Notes: generated by a model not told the origin, from the sequence alone. A DNA stretch of 60,000 nt from Camelus dromedarius (GCF_036321535.1 NC_087436.1:74712001-74772000); one strand, 5' to 3'; counted from the first letter of the stretch, positions 10,898 through 23,633 are shown. Numbers and translations: made by a program.

Positions 10898-11816
10898 TGA
10901 GAGGCTTGACCAGACTTTAACTGGCTTCTAGCAGCCTAAGACCGTGTCCCTGGGGCAACCCCTCCAAGTTTTTTTTTTTTTTTTTTTTTTTAAAGAAAGG
11001 CAGACTGCCACGTGCAGAGCCTCATTTGGATGTGTCTGGAGTCCTGGAAGCTTGACTATCCTATGTTCTCCTACAAATGGATTTTGAGAGCTGGTTAGGT
11101 GATTCTAGCAGGGAGCACAGCTACTCTATACCATTGACCCAAGAACACTTCTCTGGGGATGACCTGGGGAAGGTCATCCTCTTCCACCGAGCGGGAGTGT
11201 GCTGTTTTGGGAGGGATGCAGGTGGAGCGGTGATGGGGGAAGAGGCCACCAGCCTCGCCAGTCACATCAGCCAAATCAAGCCCAGTGATCAATGGGTGAC
11301 AGGTGTCATGGCCAGATTGCCCTCACATCCTAACCCCACCCCCTTTTGAGTTCCTCTCTGGAAAAGCTCAGGGGTGTCAAAAGAATCTACTGTTTGTTCT
11401 AGCCAACACTTGACCTCCCTTCCCTAGAGCAGTTACTAAAAAGGGCTTACAACTGTGGATCCTTTTCCTTTCCCTTTGAGAGGTGTATGTATCTCCTGCA
11501 ACTCAGGGGAGTTTTTCTAAAGGATCTGAAAGCCATTCCTTTGACGTGTAATCTTTAGGAAGGATTGGGCCATTGCCTCCCAGTCTCTGTGAGAGGGCAG
11601 GATCCTAACTTCCACAGTTGCCAGGTAGCCCACATAGCTGCCCTAACCACACTGACACTCACCAACTCTATGTAACTCGCTTCCCCTCCCTTCATCCTCT
11701 TTTCCCTTTAAAATGTCCCATGACCTCTGCCCAAAATGGATGGTATTGAGCTCTTTCTCCTCCTGGAGTCTGTTTTCACTGCTTTCACTAATGTCCAGCT
11801 TTGCTTATCATTGGCA
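10898..11816 (+). mobile_element. ERV1-type solo LTR (MER34/MER4-group-like) interrupted by the 7SK retrocopy
   Basis: It starts tgagagg and ends tgtccagctttgcttatcattggca. The flanks gcac/gtgc fit a CpG-decayed 4-bp TSD (gcgc). Confidence 0.65.
10992..11330 (-). pseudogene. RN7SK: Full-length 7SK snRNA retropseudogene with poly(A) tail (T run at 10969-10991)
   Basis: The reverse complement begins GGATGTGAGGGCAATCTGGC and ends GACTCCAGACACATCCAAATGAGGCTCTGCACGTGGCAGTCTGCCTTTCTTT, matching the 7SK ends. It has many substitutions, a 23-nt A tail and no evident upstream Pol III promoter. Confidence 0.96.
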
Positions 11817-12033
11817 GTGCTAAGACCTGCCTTTCCTAACTCCCAGTGCTCCGAGGACCAGACAAATTAGTGGAGAAAGTAAAAGTATTTTGTGAACCAC
11901 AAAGCTCTTTACAGATACAAGTTGTTGTCAGTGTCAGGGCATGGCATATATTTTCCTGAGAGGTTTTGAAAATTACATCCACACATTTTTTTCTGTTAGC
12001 ACATCTCCTTTCTAAGAATGTACATAGTATAGA

Positions 12034-12115
12034 GGGGAGGGTGGAGCTCAGTGGTAGAGTGCATGCTTAGCATGCACGAGATCCTGGGTCAACTCCCAGT
12101 ACCCCTATTAAAAAT
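12034..12115 (+). mobile_element. tRNA-Ala-derived SINE (camelid vic-1-like)
   Basis: ggggagggtggagctcagtggtagagtgcatgcttagcatgcacgagatcctggg contains an A box, an AGC anticodon loop and a degenerate B box, followed by an AT-rich tail. Confidence 0.88.
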
Positions 12116-12139
12116 ATATATATAGAGAGAGGAAGTGGA

Positions 12140-12660
12140 TATTGCCTATAATGCTGGCCCTCAGAGATGCCACTATCAACAGAATGATATTTATCATTCC
12201 ATTCTTTTTATGCAAGCATAAACATGCAAACTTTTTTTTTAACATAAGTGGGGTACTACTCTATATACTCTTCTAGAACTCACTTTTCTGCTTTAACGGT
12301 ATGTTAGGGCATATGCCAGCGTCAGTTACCATCGATCTACTTTCTTATTTTTAATGACTGCAGAGTGTTTCATTTTATGCATATGTGATAATTTGTTTAA
12401 GATCTTCTTCTACTGGATATTTACATTGTTTCCAACTGTTCTGTGTTTTTCATCAAAACAGCAATAAACGTCCTTGTACATACATTTCTGCTTACCCACA
12501 CAGTGATTTCTTTAGGATACCTTTCTAGAAGTGAAATTCCTGGGTCTGTTCTAAGGGAATACATATTTAAAATTTATATCCTGTTGACCTGCTTTCCTGA
12601 AAAGGTATATGGGTTTACACTCCCAGCAATAATGCACATCAGTGACAGTTTCTTTACTTC
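12140..12660 (-). mobile_element. Old L1 (L1M-type) fragment
   Basis: Antisense L1 motifs ggatatttacattgtttcca and tctttaggatacctttctagaagtgaaattcctgggtc. Confidence 0.7.
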
Positions 12661-15600
12661 TGCCCCAGGGGATTTTGCTGGGGGATGGGGGCGGGGAGAG
12701 CTTAGAAAAAGTGAATAAGATCATTTGATTTCTAAAGGGCTCAGAGGAAGGTATCATTAAAAGGGATGGGGAGGAGGCAAAGACACCAAAATCTGGGCTC
12801 AGAAAGTAACCTGCTGCCTGCCTTTCACTGGGTCCTGGGTCCCAGCTAGCCCGCTGTTGGGCATCACACATGCTAAGCCACCAGAGCGCTAGACTTCTTT
12901 TTATAGGATGCGGCAGGCAAGCACCTGCATAGATTCCCCCTGGGCCTGGGCAGGCAAAAGCCTCCCTGCGCAGTGTTTGAGAAAGCCCTGCCTGCAGCTA
13001 TGGCTGCCTGGCCCGAGCTCTTGTCCGATCTTGTATATTAAAGAGGAGCAAGGTTGACGTGTCCCACAAATGAAAGGGGATCAAAGGCTAGATAAGCTGC
13101 CAGCTCTCAGAAGTGGTGCTGTGCCTGAACTGGGCCCGGCTCCGGGAGCAGGCGTTTATCTTGGTTGCTCGGGGGAAGCCTTTCATGCTAGTTATTTTTG
13201 GGCGGGGCATCTGGGCGGGGAAGGAGATGAGGGATGACAGGAGTTCCAGTTTACCTGCTTCTGTGCCCATGTTGTAACCATTGCCAGGGTTCTTCCTTTT
13301 TCCTTTCTTCCCTTCTTATTCATTTTTCTTAAACTGAAAGGATTTGAGTGCATAATTTTATGGGGTAAAAAACTTAAAATACAAAGTTAAAGGTCATCCA
13401 TCATGTGTCCTTTTTAATGCCACAAATATCTTCATGATCTACGTTACCTGCCAGCTGTTGTCATGGGGGGTTGTGTTTTTCACGGAGCTTCAGAGGGCGA
13501 GTCCCTTTTCCCTTCCCATCTTACACTAAGCAGCTTTAGGGCACAATGGTGCAGCTGCTGAACAGCTGTCGCCGGGACTTGGGGCCGGGGCCCTGTGTGA
13601 GGCTCAGTGACATAGCTCTTTCATGCAGCTCCCAGGACTCTGAGTTCCAGGAACAGACAGGGCTGCTCAAGCGAGAAGTAAATGTTCCTACGGGAAGTGC
13701 TCCTCCTTCGTTTGCTCACCCAGGGCCAACCGCAGCAGGTTCTCAGACTGCTTCCCCTTCCTTTCTCCATGCTATTAGAAGAACATGAAAAAAGACAGCA
13801 CAGAGGGAAGCAGACCTAATTTCCCGTTTCCTCAAATCATTAGATCCCACTCCTCCTGGTTTGTTTAAATCAACAAAGATTGTCCACTCTTGAAGGGCAA
13901 CTAACCAACCATAGTCAAAGCCATGCAATTACGCTCAATAGATACTTGCTATTTTATCAACTTCCAGAAGCCAGAGAGGATCCCAGATTGCTAGAAAGGG
14001 AAGCTGGCTAGACATTAAAGCAGAGCTCATGGTGACAACGCTTTCATGGGGTTTCATGAGGTCCAAGGTCAGGACCTCAGCTCTGCAGACCCAGAGCTAG
14101 AATCTAACACATGGAGTAGAAGAGCCTTTAGTGAAAGGAAGTGGGGATACCCATGAATTAATTTACATGAGAGGGTTTCCCTTTGCTGGATCTAGAATGT
14201 TAATGCGTGCCATCAAAAACATGCCCTTCCTGCTAGCAGAGAACATGGGAAACGAATTGTAATCAGAAAGTCCATACTTGGAGAGTGTGATTGGAGAGCA
14301 AAGAGTGGGTTTGGTTTTGAGCATCATCCCAACCAGAGCTGGTGAAATATGGTGCATCGGCTTGGCCCCACGCAGCCTTCTCCAGTTAACCTAATGGGAC
14401 AGCGCTGTTGTTTGTTTTTTTGCTCTACTGAGTCATTCATTTCCATGGCTACTGCAGAGAGTTGATATTGTGCATGACATTTTGATCTGATTATATTATA
14501 GAAGACTGTAACTCCCCTGTAGAAACTTGATATCTTTTCTTGAAGTCTTGAGGGTCCCTATGCAATCATTTCAAAACCTACTCTGCATCCCAGAAGTGCT
14601 TAGTACTGTCTTGGGAATTTGGTAGTATTATTTTTTTCCAGTAGACTTTCTAGTATATTCATAGAATTGTAATTTTAAAGATAGTTCAGAATTTCCATAT
14701 ACATCCAGCTTTTTTTTTTTAAGTACTAAATGTAGAAGATACAAAGATAGATATGCATGTTGGCTTTCTTTACTGATAGCAGAGGCAGAAAAGACAAAGG
14801 AGTCAGGAAGAGGGAACAACACAGGACTAAGAAGAATTTAAAAAATCCTTGCAGGGAGAAGCAAGAGGGAAGAAAAGAAAGCTGCAAATGATGAAAGATG
14901 AAAGAAAGGGCATGCTTGGGGATTAAAATGTGGAAGGAGAGGGATTTGCTATGGAAGACAGTGAGACCAGGCAGATTCAGTGAGGGACAGCTGTTGAAAA
15001 GAGCCTGGACTGGGAGTAAGGAATCCTGGGTTGTAGTCCCAGAGTGTCAATAGCTGTCTGATCTAAGCTAGTAACTCTGTTGCTCTGGACCTGACGTTCT
15101 TTATAAAATGAGGGAATGGGGCTTGGTGACTTCCTGTGGTTGCCTGTAGCTTTGTCATTCTCATTCAAAATGGAGAAGGAACTGCTAAAGCAACTCAAGG
15201 CTTTTGTCTTCTGGGAAAGGGCTTCTTAAATTCTAGACCGGAGGATGATCATGATTTCTGGTTGTAATTTTTTTTAAGTGTACACCCCAGTCTGTGATTC
15301 AGTCAAGTCTGTTTCAAGCTCTGGATGACATCCAGTCAAAGTCTATCTTGATCTCTGTTAATTTTCACTTAGAAGGATAGAACTGATAAATGATGATATA
15401 AACAACCATGCTGGGAAATGGAAGGATAAGCAGTAATAATTGGGGCTAATACATTCAGCACAGATACCATCTGAAACCAAAACCAGGATAGAGACCTTCA
15501 CACAGACATCCTGGGGATGTGCTGCAGATGTGCCCAGCACAAAAGTAGTCACCCTTTGGGCAGCACCATTATTTCCCAGGCCCTGGTAAGAGAGAAGCCA

Positions 15601-16603
15601 TCTCAGGTGGGCAGCTCTGAACAGAGGGGACCTGAGGCTGGTGCCAGACGGTGACAAGCAGCATAGGTCGCCAGAAAATAAGCCACCTCCATATTTAATA
15701 TTCAGTGCATTGTACAGAGGCTGTGCTGGTCTGAAAGTCTCTGAGGTTGTGTCTCATGGAGGCTGGAAAACTAAAAATATTTAGGTTGTAGAAAGTTCTG
15801 ATAAGCAATTCACTCTTCCCTTGGCTTAAACCTCACATCTTCTGATTTGTTTTCTAGCTTTGTTTCACTTAGAAACAGCTTCCAGGAGCTTCTTGGAGGA
15901 ATTCCTGTGTATTCTTCATTGTGGTCTGGCCTCATTGTGGTCTGGCCAGCACCTACCAGAGTGCCTGTTACATGGAAGCTGTTTAAGAAATGAAGGTTAA
16001 ATGAACAAATCAACAAATGAAGCTACTTGATGGTTTCTCAGAGGAAGTTGTACTCTAGAATTCATGCTGTTTTAAAGGCCTACAGCAGGGCTACCTATGA
16101 AGTAAAAGGGAGTTTCAGTGATGCTTCTTCAAAACTCTGAGAATTGAAACTGTGATGTCAATGTATAACGGAAGAGAGTAGATACTTGGAGAATTCTCCT
16201 TAAAGCAAAAGAAAATCAGCAAACAAATAATCAAAAAAGAAAACAGGATGTCTTCTGGGCCCTACAGTGGAGGAAACAGGGCAGGGCTACAGCATTCCAT
16301 GCTGGAATCAACATGGCTAAGAAAGCAAAAGCCAACAGAATGGGGATGGTTTGAATGGAAACAGAAAAACGGGAGTCGGAGAATCAGAGACCAAGTTTGC
16401 CAGTGTTCATCAGTGTAGGCCGGGGACAGGAGTGTCCTTTCTGAAATAAGAGAGAAAACTACTCACATTCGGAATGTCTTCACAGTGAAAATGGATTAGT
16501 CAGAGTAGCATCCTTGCCCTGATCTTGTATTCTCTTAGCACAAATATTTGATTTCCATGGAGATTTCCTTGTAGGGAAAAAATACGCTGGTGTTGCCCTT
16601 TGC

Positions 16604-17509
16604 TGTCAGTTCATCTCCTCTAGGAAGCAGGTGCTGAGATGGAGTTAGGAGTATAGGAGGTTTACTGAGTGGGAATGGCCGTGAAAAATGGAGCTGGGTG
16701 GGCGGGGGATGCAAGACTGGGCAGAGAGAGTTTCATATTGTGATGTTGATCTAAACAAGCCTCTACCAACTCAACAGGGGGCTCTGGAACAAAGATTAGA
16801 GGAGCCCTGTACTGGCCATACCCAGCTAGACCCTGGTACTCCCAACTTGGACAGTACTGGCTGGGGGCTATCCAGGAAGAACGTGGCCTTGGCTCAAACT
16901 TGTGACAGGTCCAGAAGGCACTGCAGCTAGAGGCTGTCAGCCACCTGCCTTCCTTAAGCTGAAGAGTGAGATTTTTTTTTTAATTGAAGTATAGTTGATT
17001 TACAATGTTGTGTTAGTTTCTGGTATACAGCATAGTGATTCAGCTATACATTTATACTTCTTTTTCATATTCTTTTTCATTATAGGTTATTATAAGATAT
17101 TGAATATAGTTCCCTGTGCTGTACAGTAGGACCTTGCTGTCTATCTATTTTATATATAATAGTTTGTATCTGCTAATCTGAAACTCCTAATTTATCCCCC
17201 CTCTCCCTTTCCCCTTTGGTAACCATAAGTTTGTTTTCTATGTCTGTGAGTCTGTTTCTGCTTTGTAAATAAGTTCATTTGTGTCATTTTTTAAGATACC
17301 ACATATAAGTGATATCATATGATATTTGTCTTTCTCTTGCTGACTTAATTCACTTAGTATGATAATCTCTAGATCCTTCCATGCAAATGGCATTATTTCA
17401 TTCTTTTTATGGCTGAGTAGTATTCCATTGTGTGTGTATGTGTGTACATATACACATATATATATCTGTATATATGTATATTATATATGCATGTATGTAT
17501 ATATATATA

Positions 17510-17556
<47 letters not shown>

Positions 17557-17670
17557 CAACTTCTTTATTCAATCATCTATTGATGGACTTTAAGGTTGCT
17601 TCCATGTCTTGGCTATCGTAAATAATAATAGTGAGCTTTCTTGAAGGGAGATCGGTGTGATACAACCACA
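16604..17670 (-). mobile_element. ERVL-class LTR interrupted by an L1
   Basis: ctaggaagcaggtgctgagatggagtt is the reverse complement of an LTR16/33-type 3' end. The element resumes after the L1 at ~17630. Confidence 0.6.
16972..17629 (-). mobile_element. 5'-truncated L1 with internal (TA)n(CA)n microsatellite (~17430-17554)
   Basis: Poly(T) start and antisense L1 3' UTR. The TSD is agtgagattt/agtgagcttt. Confidence 0.92.
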
Positions 17671-17679
17671 GCTGCCACA

Positions 17680-18225
17680 CTCTTCAAAGCCATTTCCAAG
17701 TCTCTTATTTCATGCTGACTCTTACTACAGAACAGTGGCTGGAGGGTTAGATGCTGACTTTGCCAGCTTCCTTGACAATTGGGATGACCATGCAACTCTG
17801 TTCTGGCTGGTGGGGCTTCTGGGAAGCTAACTGAGCAAAAAGACAAAGCCTTATGAAAAGAAAGCATTTCTCCCTCTCCCTCAACCAGCTATTTGTTTTC
17901 AGATTTAGAGTGCAGTATTGATGTCTGAGGTGGCAGCAATCTTGTAACCATGAGGCCATAAACCAACACGCTAAAGTATATAGTTCTTTGATGACACTGA
18001 TAAGATTGCTGTCTTCATTATTTGGAGGGGGAGGTAATTAGGTTTATTTATTTATTTGTTTGGTTTTTTTAATGGAGGCACTGGGCATTGAACCCAGGAC
18101 CTCATGCATGCTAAGTACACACTCTACTACTGAGATATACCCTCCTCTCCTTCTTGTTGAATAAACAATAATGTTCTTATGGTTTAATCTACTTTTTCCC
18201 CTGTTACTTGCAGCTGACTGACACA
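17680..18225 (+). mobile_element. MaLR (MLT1-like) LTR remnant interrupted by a SINE
   Basis: ggcagcaatcttgtaaccatgagg and the 3' end ctgttacttgcagctgactgaca are MLT1-like. Confidence 0.5.
18018..18147 (-). mobile_element. tRNA-Ala-derived SINE (vic-1-like)
   Basis: ggggaggtaattaggtttatt...ctgggcattgaacccaggacctcatgcatgctaag...tgagatataccctcc. Confidence 0.9.
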
Positions 18226-18516
18226 ATCATCACCTGGTTCCCATTTAAATTAGTAAGTTGGCAGGATGCTTTACTTACCAATTTCTTATTCCCTTGGTTA
18301 GAATGAGACAGTGCTTATGAAGTTAGTATTCACTGAGTGCACTGAAAAAATGGTTTTGAGGTCTGAAAAGCTAAAGACTACGCCTGGGAAAGAGTTACAG
18401 TGTGTATTCACTCAGTGTCCTTCCTGAGCTTGTGTTTTCCAGTCTTAGCAAGTGGTTTTGCACTCATTCAAGCCCCAGGATAAACAAACATTGTGTCCCA
18501 GTCAGCAACACTTTCT

Positions 18517-18993
18517 TTCTTTCTTCCTTCCTTCCTTCCTTTCGTTCTTTCGTTCTTTCTTTTATTGAAGTATAGTCAGTTTACAACGTTGTGTCAATTT
18601 CTGATGTGCAGCATAGTGTTTCAGTCATACATATACATACATATATTTGTTTTCATATGCTTTTTCATTATAGGCTACTGCAAGATATTGAATATTGTTC
18701 CCTGTGCTATACAGTATGAACTTGTTTATCCATTTTATATAGTAGTTAGTATCTGCAAATCTCGAACTCCCAATTTATCCCTTCTCACCTTTCTCCCCAC
18801 CGGTAACCAACCATAAGTTTGTTTTCTATGTCTGTGAGTCTGTTTCTTTTTTGTAAATCAGATCATTTATGCCCCCTCCTTTTTTTTTTTTTTTTTTTTT
18901 AAGATTCCACATATGAGTGATATCATATGGTATTTTTCTTTCCCTTTCTGGCTTACTTCATTTAGAATGATGATCTCCAGGTCCATCCATGTT
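18517..18993 (-). mobile_element. 5'-truncated L1
   Basis: Antisense L1 3' UTR with a perfect 15-bp TSD tcagcaacactttct (18502-18516 and 18994-19008). Confidence 0.93.
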
Positions 18994-19481
18994 TCAGCAA
19001 CACTTTCTAAAACATTTTCTGTAACCTATTTGGCTCTTGTACAGTGAAGAAATGAGGCAGAGCCTGCCCTTTTCTGGTGACTCTCCAGGTTTGATTAATT
19101 ACAGAGTGTGGGACGACAATGGCATATGAACACTATGAAGGCCAGTGGGCATTGTCTAGGAAGATGAGTAGTGGATGTAATTTTTTTAATGAAAGACAAA
19201 CATTGTGTCAGCCTTCTTTCATTAATGTATCACCATTCATGAGCAAATTCATTAACTGTCATACTGGAAGATGGAGTCATGGGAAAATGATACAGAGTAG
19301 TTAAGCTTTAAACATGGTTGAACAAAGTATGGGGTGAGAATGGAGTGTGGAGACTGCTGTGTTGCTGGGCTGTGGTAGAGGCATTCTGGGTGTCTGTGCC
19401 TCCGCACGGGGACCCTGGACATCTGAGACATCTGAGGAGCGCTATTTAGAAGCAAAAGTAGACTGTTTTGATTTTCTCATC

Positions 19482-20000
19482 CGTATCAGTCAGTGTTCTC
19501 GGGGAGACAGGTGACACATTCCAATGAGGCTAATTCAAAGAGGGTTTACTCGAAGGACTATGTCCAAGGTAGAAGGTGGGATGTAGGGAAAGCACAAGGG
19601 ACAGGGTGGTGAGCCAGAGCTGGAAAGAGCAACGCTGTAACCACATGGCGCCCGAAGAGATAAAATGAGGAGATGGTTTCTGGAACCCAAAGGAGAGAGT
19701 TGTGTAGAAAAGATGGCTTGAGAGAGGACCTGTGGCTTTGGATGAGGGGAACACAGCACACCTGGGGGATATCCCCCTGGAAGCCAGGGGGATAAATATT
19801 CCCGCCTCATACTCCTCCCTCCCTCCGGTCTCTGTAAGGGCTCCCCATTGCCCCAACCAGAAGCCAGAGGGTAAGTACGAGAGCCCTGTGGGTATAGTCT
19901 GTCAATCCTGTTTCCTGGGTAGAAAGCACAAGGGTGAAGAGCTGAGCGTGGGTCTGAAGGCCAAAGAGAAGGCAGCTGTCCCTTCCTCTGTTTACCCCCT
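19482..20000 (-). mobile_element. ERVL-class LTR (LTR33/LTR41-like)
   Basis: It resembles the reverse complement of the element at 23634-24121 (gagacaggtgacacattc...; ccaaccagaagccagaggg). Confidence 0.6.
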
Positions 20001-20574
20001 TGCAGAGGTGGCACCGAACATCTCTAGGACTAAGACAAGGAAGAGAGAGACAAAGAAACCGGGTCTGGATCATCTGCCGATGGTGTAATGTTCCTCAAAA
20101 ATCAAGAGATTCTGAAAACACATCAGTAAAAACTTCAGATTTGGATTCAGCAAAGACTTGGATTCAGCAGGCTCTGCGGGGAGGTGCTGAGGAGGGGTTT
20201 GGAAATGTATCTTTGGCTGGTATTAAAGGAAGAAGAATTCTCATTTTGACTAGTTAACTTTAACAAGAAATAACATAATGGAAAAAGATATGGAAATGAA
20301 TATTCAAGTGTTGAAGAAAAAGGAAAATGGGACAGAGTAGGAAGAAGAGGTGGGGGTGGGCATTTATTGAGGGAAGTAAAGCTTTCCAGAAACCCTCAGC
20401 TGATGACTCATTGCCCAGAACTTTGTCACATGGAGACGGGCACCCCCACCTGTGAGGGAGTCTGGGCAAGCAAGTGTTTCTACCTGGGCACACTGATTCT
20501 CTGATCCAAGTCAGGTTTCTGCTACAAGACAGAAAGGGGAGTAGATACTGAGCAGGCAACTGGCAGTGTCTACC

Positions 20575-22125
20575 ATCTGACAGAAAACTAAGACTCACAG
20601 ATGTGAAGGAACTTACGCCCAAGTTCACAGCTAAGTGATGGAGCTGGGATTCAAATTCTGCTCTTTTTGACTCCAAAGCAAATGCTTTTATCCACTGCGC
20701 TACAGAGCTGTAATGGAGGGTTAGTGCTGGCTTCTTACCTTAACATACAGCATTAAAGAACTGGCACTTACTTATTAGATACTGGTACTTATTAAAAGAC
20801 TTGTGTTTATTCTGTAGGTAATCATGGCTTTGGACATATGGAGAAGGAAAAACAGGATATTTTTAGAAGACAGATTCATCTCATCTAGAGTCAGAAAGAC
20901 TGGATATTGGTCCTAGTTTTGCCACCAAGTTATGACTCAGAAAAATCACCTACTTTTCCACGGGACACTTTTTTATTATCTCTAAAATGGAAATAATAAT
21001 ACCTTCTCCAAACTCACAGATGATGTCAAATATGATGACAATGTTAACAAATGCTTCAATATCTGTGAATAAAGTGCCTTAAGAAAAAGCCTGAGACATG
21101 TCAAACCAGCATTTTTGACCACGGTTCTTATCAAGAACATTCAGATAAAGGCAGGATTCCACTCCTGCTGGAGGAAGTAACAGTGGGATTAAATACCATC
21201 AAAATCTACATACTCAGAGAAACTACTGTTAGGAATATGAATCTCTGAATAATAATGCTTCCCCTATTCTATTTTCAAAGAACCTGCCTGCCTTTTCCGA
21301 GTCCCGGATGTGAAGGGTGCCTGCAGCGTGGCTCAGGTCCCGACATGAGCTGTTGCTGAGATCCTTGCAGGAGACCTCTTCTAACATATGGGCCCTGAAG
21401 AAGCTCTGTGGGGTTCCAAAGCTGCCACCATTAGTCTCATTTCAGAGAGAAAACGTGAAAAAGGCAACTGCCGCAGCTACTGTGGTACACAAGACAAGAG
21501 AAGCTGGGGCTAAAATCAAGGGAGACTTGTGATAACAGATCCTCAATATTTTGGAGCTGGTAGCAACCCAGCGTCCAAAACCACCTCGATTTGCAAGTTG
21601 TCATTTGAAAAGGTATAAACGCTTCCTTTTTAAATGCTTAAAATGAGTAAGCGTACTCAGGGTAGCTGTTGAGAGGCTCTAGAAATACGGATGGTCTGAG
21701 TTTACATTCAGAATTCGAACTATGCACTTCCTCTTTCTGATCTATTTCCTCATCTGTAAAGTCGGACAGTATTACAAGCTTCCTTGGGTTACTTTGATTA
21801 GACAAGATAACCCACAGAAAGCCCTTGGCACACAGTATGTTCTTCATAGATTCTAGCCCTTGTATTAGGATGTGTCTTTAAACTATAATAATTATGTGGC
21901 CATAGTTTCTATATTCAGGAAGCTCTGTCTTCTCCAATGCCAGCCTCTCCTCTCCCACATCAGACACACAATGGAAGGAGGTGGATGGAAGAGGCAAACA
22001 CCCAAAAACTGGAGTCAGACAGACCAGGTTTTGAGTCCTGTTCTGTCTCCTCTAACACTGGGTCTTTCTTTCATTCACCCACTTTACTTCTGTGAACCCC
22101 AGTTTCTTGTCTGTTAAAGTAAGAA
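20575..22125. mobile_element. Several separate MIR fragments (~20575-20700, 20890-21080, 21660-21870, 22005-22125)
   Basis: MIR core motifs such as cccaagttcacagctaagtgatggagctgggattcaaa, ttcctcatctgtaaa and ctgtgaaccccagtttcttgtctgt. Confidence 0.6.
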
Positions 22126-22485
22126 ATGTGTCTTCTCGGATCCTTGTCTTCAGCAGCTCAATACCAATGTCGATATTGAGTAAATAAACTCAGTTCCTTC
22201 ATTAATTTTCAAAAGGAATCCACTCACACTGTATAATTTTTTTTTCCATTCTTACTGCAGATTCATAGTGGTTACAGGAAGATATCTCATCAGAGAGTGT
22301 CCACAGTTTCATTTGGAAAACTCCATTCGACTTATCTCTTCTCCCAAATCTTTCTTCCTGGCCCTCAGCCATTGTCTTCCTCTTCCTCTTAGGTGTGCCT
22401 CAGAATGCATTCAACCCCATTCTCCTTCCCTTTTCCTCCTTTATTTTCCAGAGAAAGATGCATCTTCTGCAAGGAAACTGGATGC

Positions 22486-22547
22486 TACAACATTGTAAAA
22501 TGATTATAAACCAATAAAAAATGTTAAAAAAAAAAAAGAAGAAAAGA
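22486..22547 (+). mobile_element. Extremely 5'-truncated L1 (about 40 bp plus A tail)
   Basis: acaacattgtaaaatgattataaaccaataaaaaatgttaaaa is flanked by a perfect TSD aaactggatgc (22475-22485 and 22548-22558). Confidence 0.8.
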
Positions 22548-22578
22548 AAACTGGATGCCAGCCTATTGCGCTCTTCTT

Positions 22579-22654
22579 CTTTTTTTGAACTGAAGTATAG
22601 TTGATTTACAACGATGTGTTAATTTCTGGTATACAGTATAGTGATTCAGTTATA

Positions 22655-22695
<41 letters not shown>

Positions 22696-23469
22696 TTTTT
22701 CATATTATTTTTCATTACAGGTCATTACAAGGTATTGAATACAGTTCCCTGTGCTATATACTAGGACCTTGTTGTTTATCTATTTTATATATAGTAGTTA
22801 GTATCTGCTAATCCAACTTACCGCACCCCCCCAACCCATTTCCCATCTGGTAACCATACATTTGTTTTCTATGTCTGTAAGTCTGTCTCTGTTTTGTAAC
22901 TAAGTTCATTTGTGCCCTCCCCTGCTTTTTTCTAGATTCCACATATAAGTGATATCATATGATATTTTTCTTTCTCCTTCTGACTTAGTTCACTTAGTAT
23001 GACAATCTCCAGGTCCATCCATGTTGCTGCAAATGGCATTACTTTATTCTTTTTATGGCTGAATAGTATTCCATTGTATAAATATACCAAAGCTTCTTTA
23101 TCCAGTCATCTGTCAGTGGACATTGAGGTTGCTTCCATGTCTTAGCTATTGAAAATAGTGCTGCTATGAACATTGGGGTGCAGGTGTCTTTTCAAATTGG
23201 AGTTTTTTTCCCCAGATGTGTGCCCATGAGTGGGATTGCTGGATCATATAGTAACTCTATTTTTAGGTTTTTAAGGAATCAACATACTGTTTTCCATAGT
23301 GGCTGCACCAAATTACATTTCCACCAGCAGTGTAGGAGGGTTCCCTTTTCTCCATGACCTCTCCAGCATTTATCATTTGTGGACTTTATAATGGTGGCCA
23401 TTCTGACCTGCGTGAGGTGATACCTCCTTGCAGTTTTGATTTCCATTTCTCTGATAATTAGCAATACTA
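22579..23469 (-). mobile_element. 5'-truncated L1 (ORF2 C-terminus and 3' UTR) with (TA)n at ~22652-22692
   Basis: ORF 23279-23464(-) contains [23 protein letters not shown]...[16 protein letters not shown], the L1 ORF2 C-terminal motif. The TSD is tattgcgctcttctt/tattgtgctcttctt. Confidence 0.95.
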
Positions 23470-23633
23470 TATTGTGCTCTTCTTTATCACAACTGGCTTA
23501 TCAAAGTATTTCTCCTTAGAACCAACTCTTATCAGCTGTAAAGAAGATACGTTCTTCTCTGATCATTATTCTTGAAGCCCTTAACCCCTTAACCTTTAGA
23601 ATGCAGTCAACAATTCTTTCCTTGGAGAGAAGT

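Noticed and set aside
10992..11330. Functional 7SK gene
   Set aside because: It has a poly(A) tail, sits inside an LTR, has mutated GAUC motifs and lacks an evident upstream PSE/TATA.
15916..15947. Perfect 16-bp tandem duplication (tcattgtggtctggcc x2)
   Set aside because: It has only two units and looks like ordinary slippage with no supporting context.
19530..20088. Cluster of overlapping 100-160 aa ORFs
   Set aside because: They lie within a GC-richer ERVL LTR relic, with no recognisable protein or splice structure.
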